From Camelus dromedarius (Eukaryota), in assembly GCF_036321535.1 (NCBI RefSeq), contig NC_087437.1:90708001-90772000 (forward strand): a stretch of DNA of 64,000 nt, written 5' to 3'. Each line of letters begins with the position of its first letter. The stretch's first letter is position 1. The notes beneath the pieces are model-generated. The model had not been told where the DNA came from. It was given only the letters and a program-made list of their open reading frames with translations, and ran no database searches. This document shows positions 51,001 to 64,000 of the stretch, piece by piece. Made by a program: the position numbers and the translations under genes.

Positions 51001-53306
51001 TCCCTCTACTTCCCCTTAAAAATATTTCTTTTCTTCCCAAACTAAATTAGGGATTTATTTTGTAACAATTGTTTTCAATTAGATGTGTAGTTTGATCAGA
51101 ATAGAATTCCATCAGATCTCAGCCAAGCTCTATTGTAAAATCATTTTTCTTCAAAATCTAATGCACTGAAATTTTCAAACAATAATGGTTAGCTTTAACT
51201 GTATCAACCAGTCTTTTTGTTTCCTTAAGGTAGTCTGGACTGAGAATTATTAGGATTTATATCTAATTTCAGAGTTTTAGTCAGCAGGAAATTACTAAAT
51301 TAGTTTCAAGAAAAGGACCAGTCAAGGTGTTAATATGTCCTCAGATTTTATCAGGCAGGTTGCCAGTATTCAAGTTCCTTAGGTAGGACTGATAGGGACT
51401 CTTTGGGGCTACAATGTAAAATATTTGAGTATATGAGTTATATAAAGATTCTAAAAAGTTTGGCTTCTGATCTCATAGTCCCAGAAGTTGAATAGATTTC
51501 AGAATGATATTGGTCAAAAACTAGTGATTTTGGATTAGAATTAGGGCATAAGGGATCCTACTATTACACTAGGGAAATACTAACTGGATGGTAAGAAGCT
51601 GAAATATGCAGAAACAATTTCTGTGTATTTCAAGGACTGTCTTTCCCCTAAAGGGTACACTTTGTTAAGGTCAGTATTCTTACTATCTGTGTTACCCAAG
51701 CTTAATGCAGTCTGATGGCCCGAGGCCTTAGCTTGGTGTAAAGAGAGGATTGACCTTAAGAAACTGCAGCTCTGTCCAAAGATTTAGTTTCTTACAGACT
51801 GATTTTGGCTTCTGTTTCTGCATGACTTTGAACTATCTCCTTGAGAGATCCCAGGGCTAGGTGAGGCTTCACATATGACAGGACCATCTCATTAGGGCAC
51901 TCCATTGTATTGCCTGAAATTAGAAATTCAGGCTGAAAGTGTATGAACTACTATGGGAAAAAAATAATCCTGGAGAAAAATGAGATTCTAGCTGGCAAAA
52001 ACATTATTGTCAGTTCCATGTATAACTATTTGTTCTGAAAATGAACTCAAGTCAGCATATTAAGGCCTTGCCATTCACAAGGTAGACACTGAAGAGATAT
52101 AAAAATGAAAAGATGTAATTCTTGACTCCATGTTTTCAAAAATTTGGATCTTTGTTTGTTATTGAAAACTCCTTAACTGAATTTTCACACTGTTATGTTC
52201 CTGTTTTTAAAAAAAGTGGGGAAAAAAGGAAAGAAAAAGGGGAGGGAGGAAGGAAGGGAAAAAAGGAGGGAATGGAAAGGGAAAGAATGAAAACAGTAAG
52301 AGATATATCCACTACAGACCTGAAAGTTGGCTGTGCTTGCAGAAAAGACAATGGATATAATCAACCCCAATTCACATCTATTTAACTTCGAGCACAGCAT
52401 AAACAGTAGAGTTCTCTGGTTATTTAGTGACGTAATAGGAAAATGCATTGTTTTCTTGCATAATAAAGTTTTAATAACTTAGGAGAGTATATTGGTGATT
52501 TAGAGAAGCAGCAACTCTCATTAAAATCTTTTTAATAGAATTATCATGTACTTGAAATTGTATGATAGATTATCATCTTCAGTAGTATTATTTTAAGTAA
52601 GAATTATATGATCAAAATTTCAGTAAAGCTTATTCTCTGAGACCATAGGAAAACCAAGTCAATATCCCTATAGCTACATCATATTGATCATTCATTTGAT
52701 TTAGGGAGAAAGAAGACAAATATGTTAGTGAAAGAGAGACAAATGAGTAGTGTGCCTGGCCAATTCCTGACTCATTTCCAAAGGAAGCTAATGTAACTCT
52801 CTTACTCATTTATGGGAAATATGATAGATCTGATTATATAATTTATGCTTCCTCTCTGACTTTGTGAACCTCACTAATTGTTTCTTCCTTTCTCTTCTCC
52901 ACTTTCTGCTCACATATTTGGCAGTTACACTTTTTGGAGGTTTTTTTTTTTTTTCTTTTTAGGATATTACTATCAATCTTTTGCCTGTGTCTAAACAGCA
53001 TACCTATGAAGAAGATCCCATTTTTAGCCTTAATATTTGCAAATTACTTGAGAGGTAATATAAGGGAAAAATTAAGCATTCACTCACATATGTCACTGTA
53101 GTTTTAACATTTTACTTAAAATTGCATAATCGAAGCCTATCAGTATATTTTGCTGCATAGAGTTAAAAATAGCAAATTGATTGCTTTAAATGGATTTTTC
53201 TCTATGTTGGAGCTTTGGTGCAATAAATTATTTTAAGTAATGTTAATTTTGACTGGAATTGTAAATCATAGTTTTCTAAGTTAAATACACTTTAAAACTT
53301 TAGTTT

Positions 53307-53398
53307 TAAATTTCAAGATCTATACATAATATCCTGAAATTTCTGGTATGAATAAATTTCAAGATCTATACATAATATCCTGAAATTTCTGGTATGAA
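53307..53398 (+). repeat. Perfect 46-bp tandem duplication
   Basis: taaatttcaagatctatacataatatcctgaaatttctggtatgaa at 53307-53352 and 53353-53398. Confidence 0.95.
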
Positions 53399-53738
53399 CA
53401 AAGACACACACATACACATAAAACTTTTGAAACTTTATAGACATCAAAAGTGTGCTTTAAAAATGTAAGTATAAATTAGTTCAAAATATATAGATTAATT
53501 TCCTTTGAAATATATTTCTGTTTAAAATTTAACATGCATAATGGTTAGTTGAATGTGTCTTGTGTTTTGTTTAGTACAAACATTCTAATTATTATATTGA
53601 ACTGACTTTATGCTTTTAACTAAGAAGGGATATGGAAATACAATTCCTAAACTCATTGAAATAAATGCACAATTAACATAAATTTCTAAGAAATTTACAT
53701 AAAATACAATTTATATTTTTGTTGAAGATTATCTAGGC

Positions 53739-53910
53739 CAGTGTTTCCAAAACTTCTTGTACATATGAATTTACCTGGAGAATTTGATTAAAAAGCAGAA
53801 TGTAATTCAGTATGTGTCGGATAGGACCTGGGATTCTGCCTTTCTAAGGTGCTCCCATGTGATACTGCCATTGATACTGCCAAGAACCATGCTTTGACAA
53901 GCGAGAATCT
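53739..53910. mobile_element. MER5A-like DNA transposon
   Basis: 'cagtgtttccaaaactt...aattcagtatgtgtcggataggacctgggattctgcctttctaag...aaccatgctttga'. Confidence 0.7.
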
Positions 53911-56900
53911 AGTTCACACACTATATGGAAAATGTATATTTGATTGATTGGATTAAAAATTCAAGAAAAAATGCTTCCTTTGCATAATCTAATATATGAA
54001 CTATGTATTCTAAATCCTCCCTACTAGACTGCCATTCAGAAAGCTCTAGATTTGGTAACCTCTGAAGGACTATAGGCAATATACTCTGCTTCTGCCTTTT
54101 GTTTTTTTATTTGGTTTTAAAAAATAGAGGGTTAATCTGATCCTGGTCTTTGGATTTGGGAGGCAGTTGATCAGTATGATTAAAATTGCTGTTAGCCATG
54201 GGCACAGGTTTCAACTTCAACTAACTATATTTAAGCAAGCGTAAACATTGGGAGTCATGGTAGTGGTTCCAGCCAAATTAGAAATAGAGTTTAACAATTA
54301 GTATCTCAACAGGACTAAGCTTGACAGAAAATATTGAGAATTTACTTTGACAGAATAAGCTCTGGAATTTTATGTTTTGTGGTTTATCATAGTCATAATC
54401 ATTCTTATGTCACACAAAGAAATGATTGATGTTTATGTATGAAGTTATAATTAATATGTAGGATTTTTGCATTTTATGCATTGTCAATTGATTTTCTAAT
54501 GAAGAGACAAAACATGCCGAGTTCTTCATACAAGGATTCGTGATAAGAATGGTGAGACTTTTCCTCCATAATACCTAACAAGAAGACAGTATACTTAATA
54601 CATTTTATTTAATTTTAGTAATTTACATTTGTTCATTGGTCAAGTAAATGGAGACATGCTTGGTCATTTTACTAGAATTCACAAACCTGTGCTATGAATC
54701 AAAATGAGACACAGTTCATCCTAATTAATCATTTTAGCAATGGATTTTCTTCCAATGTGACTAGATTTAAAGAGATCCTGTATGTTATATAAATTTATAT
54801 AAATAAGGACTAATAAAACTGTTGTATGAGAAATATTTAGTATATGAACATAAATATTGTTGCTTAGGATTATAGTTGGGTCTTACTCAAAATTTTTGAA
54901 GTAAGTATAATAGCGCTATGAGAGATTAACAATGAAATGAACAATAGAGCAGAGCAGAGCAGAAAAGTGAAGGTAATTGGAAAGAGAAAGAATAATTTCC
55001 AGGCCTATGTGACTTGTTACCTGAGTACATATATTAACACAGCTGGTTAAGGATGTAGATGTTCATGAGGAGAGTTGGTCAGTGACAGAAACTTAGATAA
55101 AGGAGAGGAACTGGGATAAACTTTAGCGGTACCCATCCGTGTCTTTTGGATAGAGTCTTAACCAATAATGTGAAGACTCTGCTCATGTGCATTCTTCCTC
55201 CCCAACCCCCATTCCCACTTCTCCTCCATCCTCCTCCTGTTCGTAACTCTGCCTTAAGTATGGGATGGATGATGAGAGGCTCTCCTAGCTTGCTTGTCAC
55301 TGAACACTTGAGTCACCTGACTTTTTTGATTCCTTGTAAAGTAAGAACATTTCTATCTAGCCTCTCCTTGTAGTTCAAAAAAAAAATACACAATTTACAT
55401 GGATTTGAGTATTTCAGGCCTTGTGACAACTTTTTATTATGAAATAACAATTAGATATTACAATATACTGTGTGGAAATCCCATTTTAGGTGCTAGGCTT
55501 GAATGCAACTGAACACATGAAGTGTCTTTGAATTTCTTGTTCAAATTGGGCAGTATATATAAGAAATGCATTTAAAATTATTCTTTTTTTATAGTATATC
55601 TTCCATTTTAATGAATAGGAAATTAAAGAGATTTGTCTCAATATTGACTTTATTTGTATAATGAGAAGTCACAATTTAGAGGCTATTTTTTTAGAAGAAG
55701 CATGCAGAATATATTTTATACTATTATGAAAATAGCTAAAATGATCAAAGTTCAATATACAAGACTTTAACATATGCACTAAATGCTTTTTAAGTTTTAG
55801 TTTCTTTTCCTAAACACTATCAAAAATTAAAAGTATGTCCTGCTTTATAAGACATAATAAGTTAATGAAGAGACAAATTGACATAACTAAATTTTAACAA
55901 AACGTATTCAATATATGTAATGTCCTAATAAAGTCGCACTTTACGTTACATTTTAATAGAATCAGGAAAACTTAAATAAAAGTGCATTTAAGCACTTGGG
56001 AAAACTATCACACAAGAAAAGCAGGGGTTATGTGTTCAATGACGAATGTAAACCCAGTGAAGATTTAGACAGACATTAAATATTAAGGATTTGGAACTTT
56101 ATAGAAGTGGTTTGTTTTATTGCTCCTGTTTTTGTTGTTGTTGTTGTTGTTGTTATTGTTGTTTTTAATTTAGAGGGTTCGTCTCCTTTCCGTTCTGTTA
56201 AAGAAGAATTGGGCACATGGAAAAAAGTTGTAGAGAAATTCTGCTCCTAAACTGACAACGTTCTAAATGGGGGTAGGCAATAAAATTGGGGGATGCTCTA
56301 ATTCCTCTTACCATTTCCTTACAGTTAGTGGACTGTGATGTGGAAAAAAATTGCACTTGTAGTAAGGTAGAAGGGGTCATTTGATTAAAAGTGGAAAACA
56401 AACAACAAAGAGTAATAGCCAGAAGGAGGGTTAGGAACCCATTGCACTCTATCTGCAGAACAATTGACTTTCTGTTTTGATACATCAGTTTCGTGAGCTT
56501 GGTCAATATCTGGTCCTGAGACATGAATGCACTATATCTGTGCTGACAAAATCAGGTTTATGTATCTGCAGTATTGCGGGGCAGAACTTTGGCCAGAGCA
56601 AATTTGCTTAAGTAATGAATACTACCATAGAGGGCTCCTTCTGATGGCCATCTTCATAGCCTTACACAGGAAACATAACCTCTGTGCATAACTGTATTGG
56701 TTGAATTCTTATTTGAAATTTAGGTGTTCGCTTTTGAGAGGTGCCATTGATTTGGAGAGCTATTGGCTCCTTTGAATATAAAGTGTGGAACATTACCTTT
56801 TTTTTATGAATAGTGCTATATTACAACTAAATGCAGGTGATCCAAAGTAAGAATTGAAATTTCAGTGATTATCAAGTGAAATATTTTAAATACAGACACA

Positions 56901-58074
56901 AACTGATGACTGACATTTAGAAGAATTCATTGCTTCTCAAAATCTATGAGGGCAGTTTTGAGAGTTTATTTTGCAGGTTTAAGATGGTTACAGTAATGAT
57001 AGGTACAATTAACTAGAAAGATGATAGAAGGTACATGATTGAGACTATGTTGAAACAAAGAAATAAGTGAAATTTAGGATAAGTTAAAAGGAAATTAAAA
57101 ATAACCTTGGATTTTAAAAAGTGTATTTTGTGTAAATATGTATATATGTGTGTGGATACATATATATGAATTCATGCACACACCTTTTGTATTACAAGAA
57201 AAACTAAAATGAAAAAATTTAATATGTTTATATGTCAATTATGCATAAATTTATCCAAGAATCAAACCTTAAAGAAAAATGCTTTTACATATGGCTAGTA
57301 ATGACAACAAATAAAAAATGTTTTTGATAAGAAAATATTTTGAATCAGAAAGGAAATGGTAATAATTATACTAACATGTTTTTGTTCCATTTGTTAATCC
57401 AGATGTTTAAAACCCAGACTCTGAGGGACATAGTAGGACTCAAATTTTTGGTAGGGAAGCAAAGCAGACAATATTTTCCTTTTCTTCTTTCAACCCTGTA
57501 TGTCAACAACATCTGATGTGATCTCTGGGAAACTTCCATTTCACAATTTTACTGAGAAATGTTAACCCTATCTGAAAAGTTTTTTTAGAGAAAACACAGT
57601 ATAGTATCAAATATTCTAAAATATGTCAGCCTTGGCCAAAAAAAGTCAGCCAATTAGATTCAACTGGAATAACATGGCATTTTTAAAATATATTATTTTA
57701 TATTAGAATAGTTGGAAAAAAAACCCCTCTACCTTAAGTCTCAAGAACTTTTGCTTCAAATTCATCAGTATGCTAAAGAAAGTAGATATGAATCCATCCC
57801 TGAAGACCATACTCCTAGGGGTTGTTTGCCGGTGGTATCTGTACCATGGTCAGTTCATTGTACCGGATAATAGAGGTGGAAGAACTAAAGTACAGAATGA
57901 ATTTAAAACAATAATGGTGACAACAACTGATTTTGTACATTAACATGGAAAATCTGGCAGTGAGTTAAAAATCAATGATTAAAGTTATTAGGATAGTTGA
58001 CTTTGGGAGAGGACTGGGCTGGCAAACTCTTAGTGATAACAAGAGTAAGAGCAACACTAAGAATAATATTGGCA

Positions 58075-58295
58075 GTACCATTTTTTGAAATTATCATATC
58101 TGGCAATACATTAGCATTTTAGTATTTCATCTTATAATTTTTACCAGAAACATACAACCTAAGTATTATTATTGCAGTTTAGAAATAAGAAAGTGGGCAT
58201 CAAATAAATTAAGTAATCTCCCAAAGACAGAGTCGTAGATTAAGTAAGTAGCAGAGCTGGGATTTTAACCCAGCTGAGTCAGATTCCAAAACCTT
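58075..58295 (-). mobile_element. MIR SINE
   Basis: 'aattaagtaatctcccaaagacag...agtagcagagctgggattttaacccag'. Confidence 0.6.
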
Positions 58296-58509
58296 TTCTG
58301 TTTGTTTTAGATCATGGACTCCAGCACCTTAAAAGCCAGACCATGGGTAAATCTTTATCATTTTATTTTAGATGTAAATTTGATTTGACCATGCCAAAGT
58401 TGATATACTGTGGAATTTTTTAATACTATTTTTAAATTGAATGAAAGACACTTTAAATTCTATAGTGCTTTACAGTTTTCAAAAGTTTCATTCACATGGT
58501 TTCATATAA

Positions 58510-58838
58510 TCCCATAATCACCCTTTTTTCCCCCTACCCCTTTTTCCCTCCCCCTTCCCTCTCCCCACTAGTTTGTTCTCTATATCTGTAAGTCTGCTTC
58601 TTTATTGTTTTATTCACTAGTTTGTTATATTTTTCAGATTCTACATGTAGGTAATATCATACAGTATTTGCCTTTCTCTATCTGACTAAATTCATTTAGC
58701 ATAATACCCTCAAAATTCATCCATCTTGCTGCAGATAGCAAAGTTTCATTCTTTTTTAAAGCTGAATAGTGTTCCATTATATATATACACATCTTTATCT
58801 ATTCATCTTTTGATGGACTCTTAGAGTGCTTCCATTAC
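58510..58838 (-). mobile_element. L1 3'UTR fragment
   Basis: 'tttgttctctatatctgtaagtctgcttc...agattctacatgtaggtaatatcatacagtatttg...' is similar to the other L1 3' ends in this window. Confidence 0.8.
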
Positions 58839-59149
58839 TACAGAAGTTTTTGATACATATAAATCTAAGTAGTGAAACTCTCAAACTATTTACTGATTAT
58901 ATCTGAAGCACTTACAAAGAAATAGAATCATAAAAGGTAAAGAAAAATGCTATGGAGTGTCAGTAAGAAAGCAAAGGAACTACAGTACAAAAGAATGTTT
59001 AATGACACATTTCCAATACTTTCAAGATACTCTTACTGTGTTTATTGGATTTCAAACTAAAATTAAATTTACACAGTTAAACATTCCTAAGTAATTATAA
59101 TAAGGCAGTGTCAGACTTTTTACATTCATATATTATACAAATATGATTT

Positions 59150-59385
59150 CTTAGAATGGCAGCTTGTTGAAGTGTTTAAGAACCCAAACTCTGGATTCTC
59201 ATTGGCAAAAATTAGGATTTTTCTACCAGAAGCAAATGAATTAGTTGTTTGCTCCTCAGTTTTTTCATTTTAGTGATTGGAACATAACAGTAGTGTCTAG
59301 CTCATAATGTGGTTTTAAGAATTTAATAGGATTATCACTTGTTCCTATAATTGGCACATAGTAAATGCTCAATGAAATTTCACTA
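59150..59385 (+). mobile_element. MIR SINE
   Basis: 'cctcagttttttcatt...ggcacatagtaaatgctcaatgaa'. Confidence 0.55.
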
Positions 59386-62300
59386 TTTATTTTTGTAATA
59401 TTTTAACTTGTTTATACAATGAAGTTCAAATTTCTTAGCATGACATACAACTCCTATATTTATATTTACAACATAATTTTCTACTACCCTTCTGAGTTAT
59501 TTAACATTTGTTGTTTCTTAGCACAAAATATCCTTTCATCTCTTCCTTCTCTACCTGGAATCTCTTTTCTCTTTTTTCACTCTGTGGACAGATACTGTAC
59601 CAATCTCAAGTGCAGCTTCTTGCTGATGTCTTTCCCACATTGTGGGAAGTTGCCCACATTGCCTGAGTTGTCTTCTCTGTATATACAGTGTTGTATTTAC
59701 TTCAGTTGTGGTAGCTGTTTGGAAGAATAAAATTGTGTCAGGTTGGAAAAATAACGTGGTAAAGACTTCCTTTTCTCCTAATTGTTTTGAAGCTAATGAT
59801 AAGAAAGAATCCAGCCTCTTTCCCATAGTCCTTTGCACTAGGTAAACAGATTTAGGTCATCAAAACAGTAGACAGACTGAGGAGATAGATGATGGGAAGC
59901 ATTATTACTGAGCTTTATTTAGTGCTAAGATTTACTATTTTAAAAGGCCTATCATATCTAAATTGAAAAGATTCGTTTTAGATGAGTTGCTGTAAGTCTC
60001 TGAGAAATTTGAAGTTTACTTTCTAAATATGTCTTATTTATATGTAGTCTGTATTCTGCAGCTGTGTATGGAAAGAATAGAAAAGAAAGCTGGCATAAAT
60101 GAGGACAGGCCAAGTTGATGTCTCTCAGCAAAATTCTTAAAAGGCAAAAACTACACTTACAGCCAAATTTCCAGTACAGCAAATTCATTTACTATGTAGA
60201 TGAAAACCCATAGAAGAACATTATACCATATTTTTTGTTAAATCCTGTTTATGGTATTATATTTTTATAGGAAATTGTACCATACAGAAAGTAGTATTCT
60301 ATCAAATACAATAAAATGTAATGCCTGTAAAACATAAAAGTGTTAGAATCAAAACAAAAAGAAACTTAGAGTGATACCGGTGGAAATCATTGTACAGAAT
60401 GAGTTTTTTAATCACACATACATTGACATAATTTATTATTTATTATTGACGTGAAACAGGGCAAGTGTGATGAAATTATTTTCTGATTTCTTAGAAAATG
60501 AATGGAGAGACAGCAGTAAGTACTAAAAGCAAAAATGAAATTGTTAGCACCTATTTTAATAGTTTTTCAAGCCTCAAATTGTAGAATACAATCTTGGGGC
60601 TGTCTTTCTGTGGTAGGTCACTGCGACATTAAACAGTTGTTTGGTTATATAAACTAACCATTTGACATTGACAATGAAATAAAATGCCGTTTAACTAGGT
60701 TTCAACACACTGTATTGTGAACTGAGATACGAAAAGTTGTACTGACTTAGCAGAATCATTCTAATGATATTTTTGTATCTTAGATACTTAATTCAACATC
60801 TCATTATCATTTTTACTTTTTACCTGGTTAGAAAATTGAGGAAAATTTCAATGAAAGTTATGTAGCATTTATCTAGAAGTATTCTTTAGTTTCTAGTGTC
60901 TCATGTCAATGTTGGGAATGTATACTTGTTTACTGATGTAGGTATTCCTATTGATATGAGTTTTGTTGGTTTAAAAATTGCTAAAATACGTTGCATTAGC
61001 AAAACTATGAACATTATAGTTTTTACCATTAGCATCACACATCTCCCAGAATTTCTTATTTCTTCAGTCATTTCTAGTATTGTATGCTTTTGCCCTCTGA
61101 GAAAACCAAACCATTTGTGATGTCATAGTCTTTCCTGTTGGGAAAAATGAAATATATACCTCAAACATGGCATGTTACTTTTTCAGCCTCATTGGTACTA
61201 TTCAAACTTTGTTCCTTTGCACATTATTGCCAAAGTTTTTTTGGTTTCTTATGGCTGTGTCTCTTATCTTTCTAACACTGGTATTCCATCTCCAGATAGA
61301 AATATTATTATGACTCAATTGTAGTATATTTCCAAAAGTGAATAATATATAACTAATATTTCTCTATCATTTTCTCATGTTGCTTTTTATTTTTGTGCAG
61401 TAATTTTCATTTCTGTCTCTACTTCATTTCTTCTCTTCTTAATTGCTTTTGTTATTGATGCTGATACCAGATACCGAATTTGGAAGAAAATAAATGCTAG
61501 AGTTTTTTCATTGTAACATTTTACTAATTCACATGTTAATTGGATAGTAACTTATTCAAAGTTGACTGAAAATTTTTCTATATATAATATGACCGACATG
61601 AAGAAAAGGTAAATTTAATTTTTCACATTGTCTGGGTAAGTTTTCAAAGTTGACAAGTCTTTAGTAGCTTGAGGAAAACATAATTTAATTAATGTACTTC
61701 CTCTTAGATTTTATTCCACTCTACCTTATTCCATTTTTGCTTTGTATTTTTGTTTTTTAGAATCATAGACTGTGATATTTATTCATTGATTTGTCCATTT
61801 TCATAATGCCTTCCATCTCTTACTACATTACTTATGTATCTTTATACCATAAGTTATGTACTTTTACAGCAAACCAGTGGATTTGAAAGTATTCAAAAAA
61901 GAATTTTTGTAATTTCCTAGCATTTATAATACTGATTCTCATGTTGAAGTGCTAAATACCATGCTTCTGTAACTAAAATGTAAAAACCTTATTGTTTCCC
62001 ATGTGCTATAATTTTCTTTTATTTAAGTTTTTCTGATTCTATTAAAATGTAATATAATATGTGACTTTATTTAATATTGAATATACTTTTGCTATAATTT
62101 AGTTATGCTAACTTGTCTCTTTTAACTTATTGTGTCTTGTAAAGCAGGACACAATTTTAGTTTTTGATAGAGTGTTTAGGGAAAGAAACCAAAGCTTAAA
62201 AGCATTTTGTGCGTATATTAAAATCTTTCATATTAAACTTTCTGATTATTTTAGTTATTTCCATAATAGTATAAAACATATTCTGCATGCTACTCATAAA

Positions 62301-64000
62301 AATAGCCTCTTAATTGTGGCTTCTTACTATATAAATAAAACCAATACTAAAAGTCAAATTACATGGCCTTAAGTAGGGGGTGGAGGAGCTCAACTTAGCA
62401 ACAGGTTGTATAAAAGATTTAGGAGATTCTGTTCACAATATGCTGAAGCCATCTCATAGTGACTGTGCTGCAAGCTTTGTAAACTGGTGTAAATATAAGA
62501 CGAAGGACAAGGAAGGGAGGTGCAATAGTCCTGCCTGACTCTTCAGTGGTCAGTCTACTGAAGAATGGAGACAGACATTGGAACCACACTAGTGAACCAT
62601 ATATGGAAGACTAGGAATGTGTTTCCTGAAGAAGAAAAGTTGCAAGAAACATTAATGTCTTGAAACATTTGGATGGTTGTTATATGAAAGAAGGTATTAA
62701 TAGATTTGCTCTAGGTGGAAGCTAAAGGAAAATAAGTTTTTGCTAACCTGAGGTATAACTTTTTTTTTCAAGTACTTTCTATATAGGTAAGGTATAATTT
62801 TTAAACTCTGAGTTTACTGGTGATGAAATAAACTAATTCTAGATGTCATAAGCTCCTCATCATTAATTGTTTAAATAGGATGTTGTAAATGAATTTAAAG
62901 CATTGGAAGATGTGTTGGGCAGGATGACCTTTAGGGCTCCTTTCAGCCCTGAAATTCCATGATCCATTGATTCAGATACAACTCACTCAGGCCCTTATTT
63001 AGGCAAAATTTCTTCTGCTGCTTCATAATTAGCTGACAAGACTAATTTAGTTCAATAAACATTTAAAAAAAATTTTACCCTGTATGATGTCTTGTACTGC
63101 ATATTGGAAGTACAGGCATTGTACTTTAAGAGCTAAACCATAGAAACCTGCAAACTGATACATCATTGTATGATAGGATATGCCATGTGATTGAGGGTAG
63201 AAAGGAGGATCAGGGAGAAGAAAGCAAGAAAGGCTCACCTATGAAGGAATCTTTGACCTGGGTTTGTATGGTGAATGAGACCAAATTACAAGAAAACACA
63301 CTTATATTAAGAACTGGGGATTTAACTTAGGGAGATGCATCAAATTCAGTGATATGTACCCCTAAATGCTTCAGCTTTTCTACTTTAGATCTCAACTTTG
63401 TCCCTTGGAGTATAGGACAATGACACTAAGGCCCAACAAAATCCTCCGCAACTGTTTTCAGCAGTTAGGCCTTCTGAGGTGTTGACTCCAGAATGTTAGA
63501 AAACAATACTGACTTTCTGCTATTTATTTAAAGAAACATCAGATTCACTTTGTCCCAGTGTTTCCCAGCTGATGTGGTTGACCAGCAGTTGATGAAGGCT
63601 GTAAGATATTTTTTTTAAAGAAAGCTTTATTTTCTCAATATTACCTCAGACATCCTGGGAAAGAATGTTTCTTATCTGTTTTCTGGTTCTGCTGGTTGAG
63701 AGCATTGTAGAACATTTAAGAGTCCCAGACGTGGTGGCTAGAGATACTGACTTGGGGCATATCCATTCCACAGGTGTCCTCTTCCACTTCTCCAGTTTTG
63801 TGTGGCAGTAACTCTCACCTCATTCATACTAAAAGACTTATTGAGTACTTGTTCAATTCTAGGTATAAATAGTAAGCCAGGTAGACATAGCTCCTTACTG
63901 TTTACAGAGCAAGAATATTGAAATCTGTGTAAGTAGTGAGTGTGTATACAGAGATTAGTAGAATAGAATTGATATCTGGAGATATAAAACAATGGGGAAT

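Noticed and set aside
53307..53398. Direct repeat as a CRISPR-like array
   Set aside because: There are only two adjacent copies, no spacers, and the context is eukaryotic.
11840..63992. Remaining short ORFs of 60-116 aa in AT-rich DNA
   Set aside because: They are low-complexity Phe/Leu/Ile-rich translations with no recognisable homology or exon structure, as expected by chance.

Overview
This is AT-rich, CpG-depleted placental-mammal genomic DNA, intergenic or deep intronic. I found no intact host protein-coding gene, RNA gene or CRISPR array. The L1 3' UTRs look cetartiodactyl-like and I saw no ruminant or pig SINEs, so a camelid source is a tentative inference. The window is dominated by interspersed repeats. 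A decayed full-length LINE-1 (about 1456-10353) sits inside an MLT1 LTR and carries a younger nested L1 with a perfect 15-bp TSD. A 5'-inverted (twin-primed) L1 lies at 20.4-21.7 kb. There are also older L1/L2/MIR fragments, MaLR and ERV LTRs, and DNA-transposon fossils. A 5'-truncated EEF2 processed pseudogene (about 41217-42995) interrupts an ERV LTR. The most unusual structure is this EEF2 insertion: an inverted L1 3' end and the retrocopy appear to share one target-site duplication, and the retrocopy holds a CpG-dense patch with three CRE-type motifs. I see no convincing evidence of a novel multi-gene system. Nearly all short ORFs in the track are repeat-derived or random. Repeat family names come from recalled consensus sequences, not from a database search.
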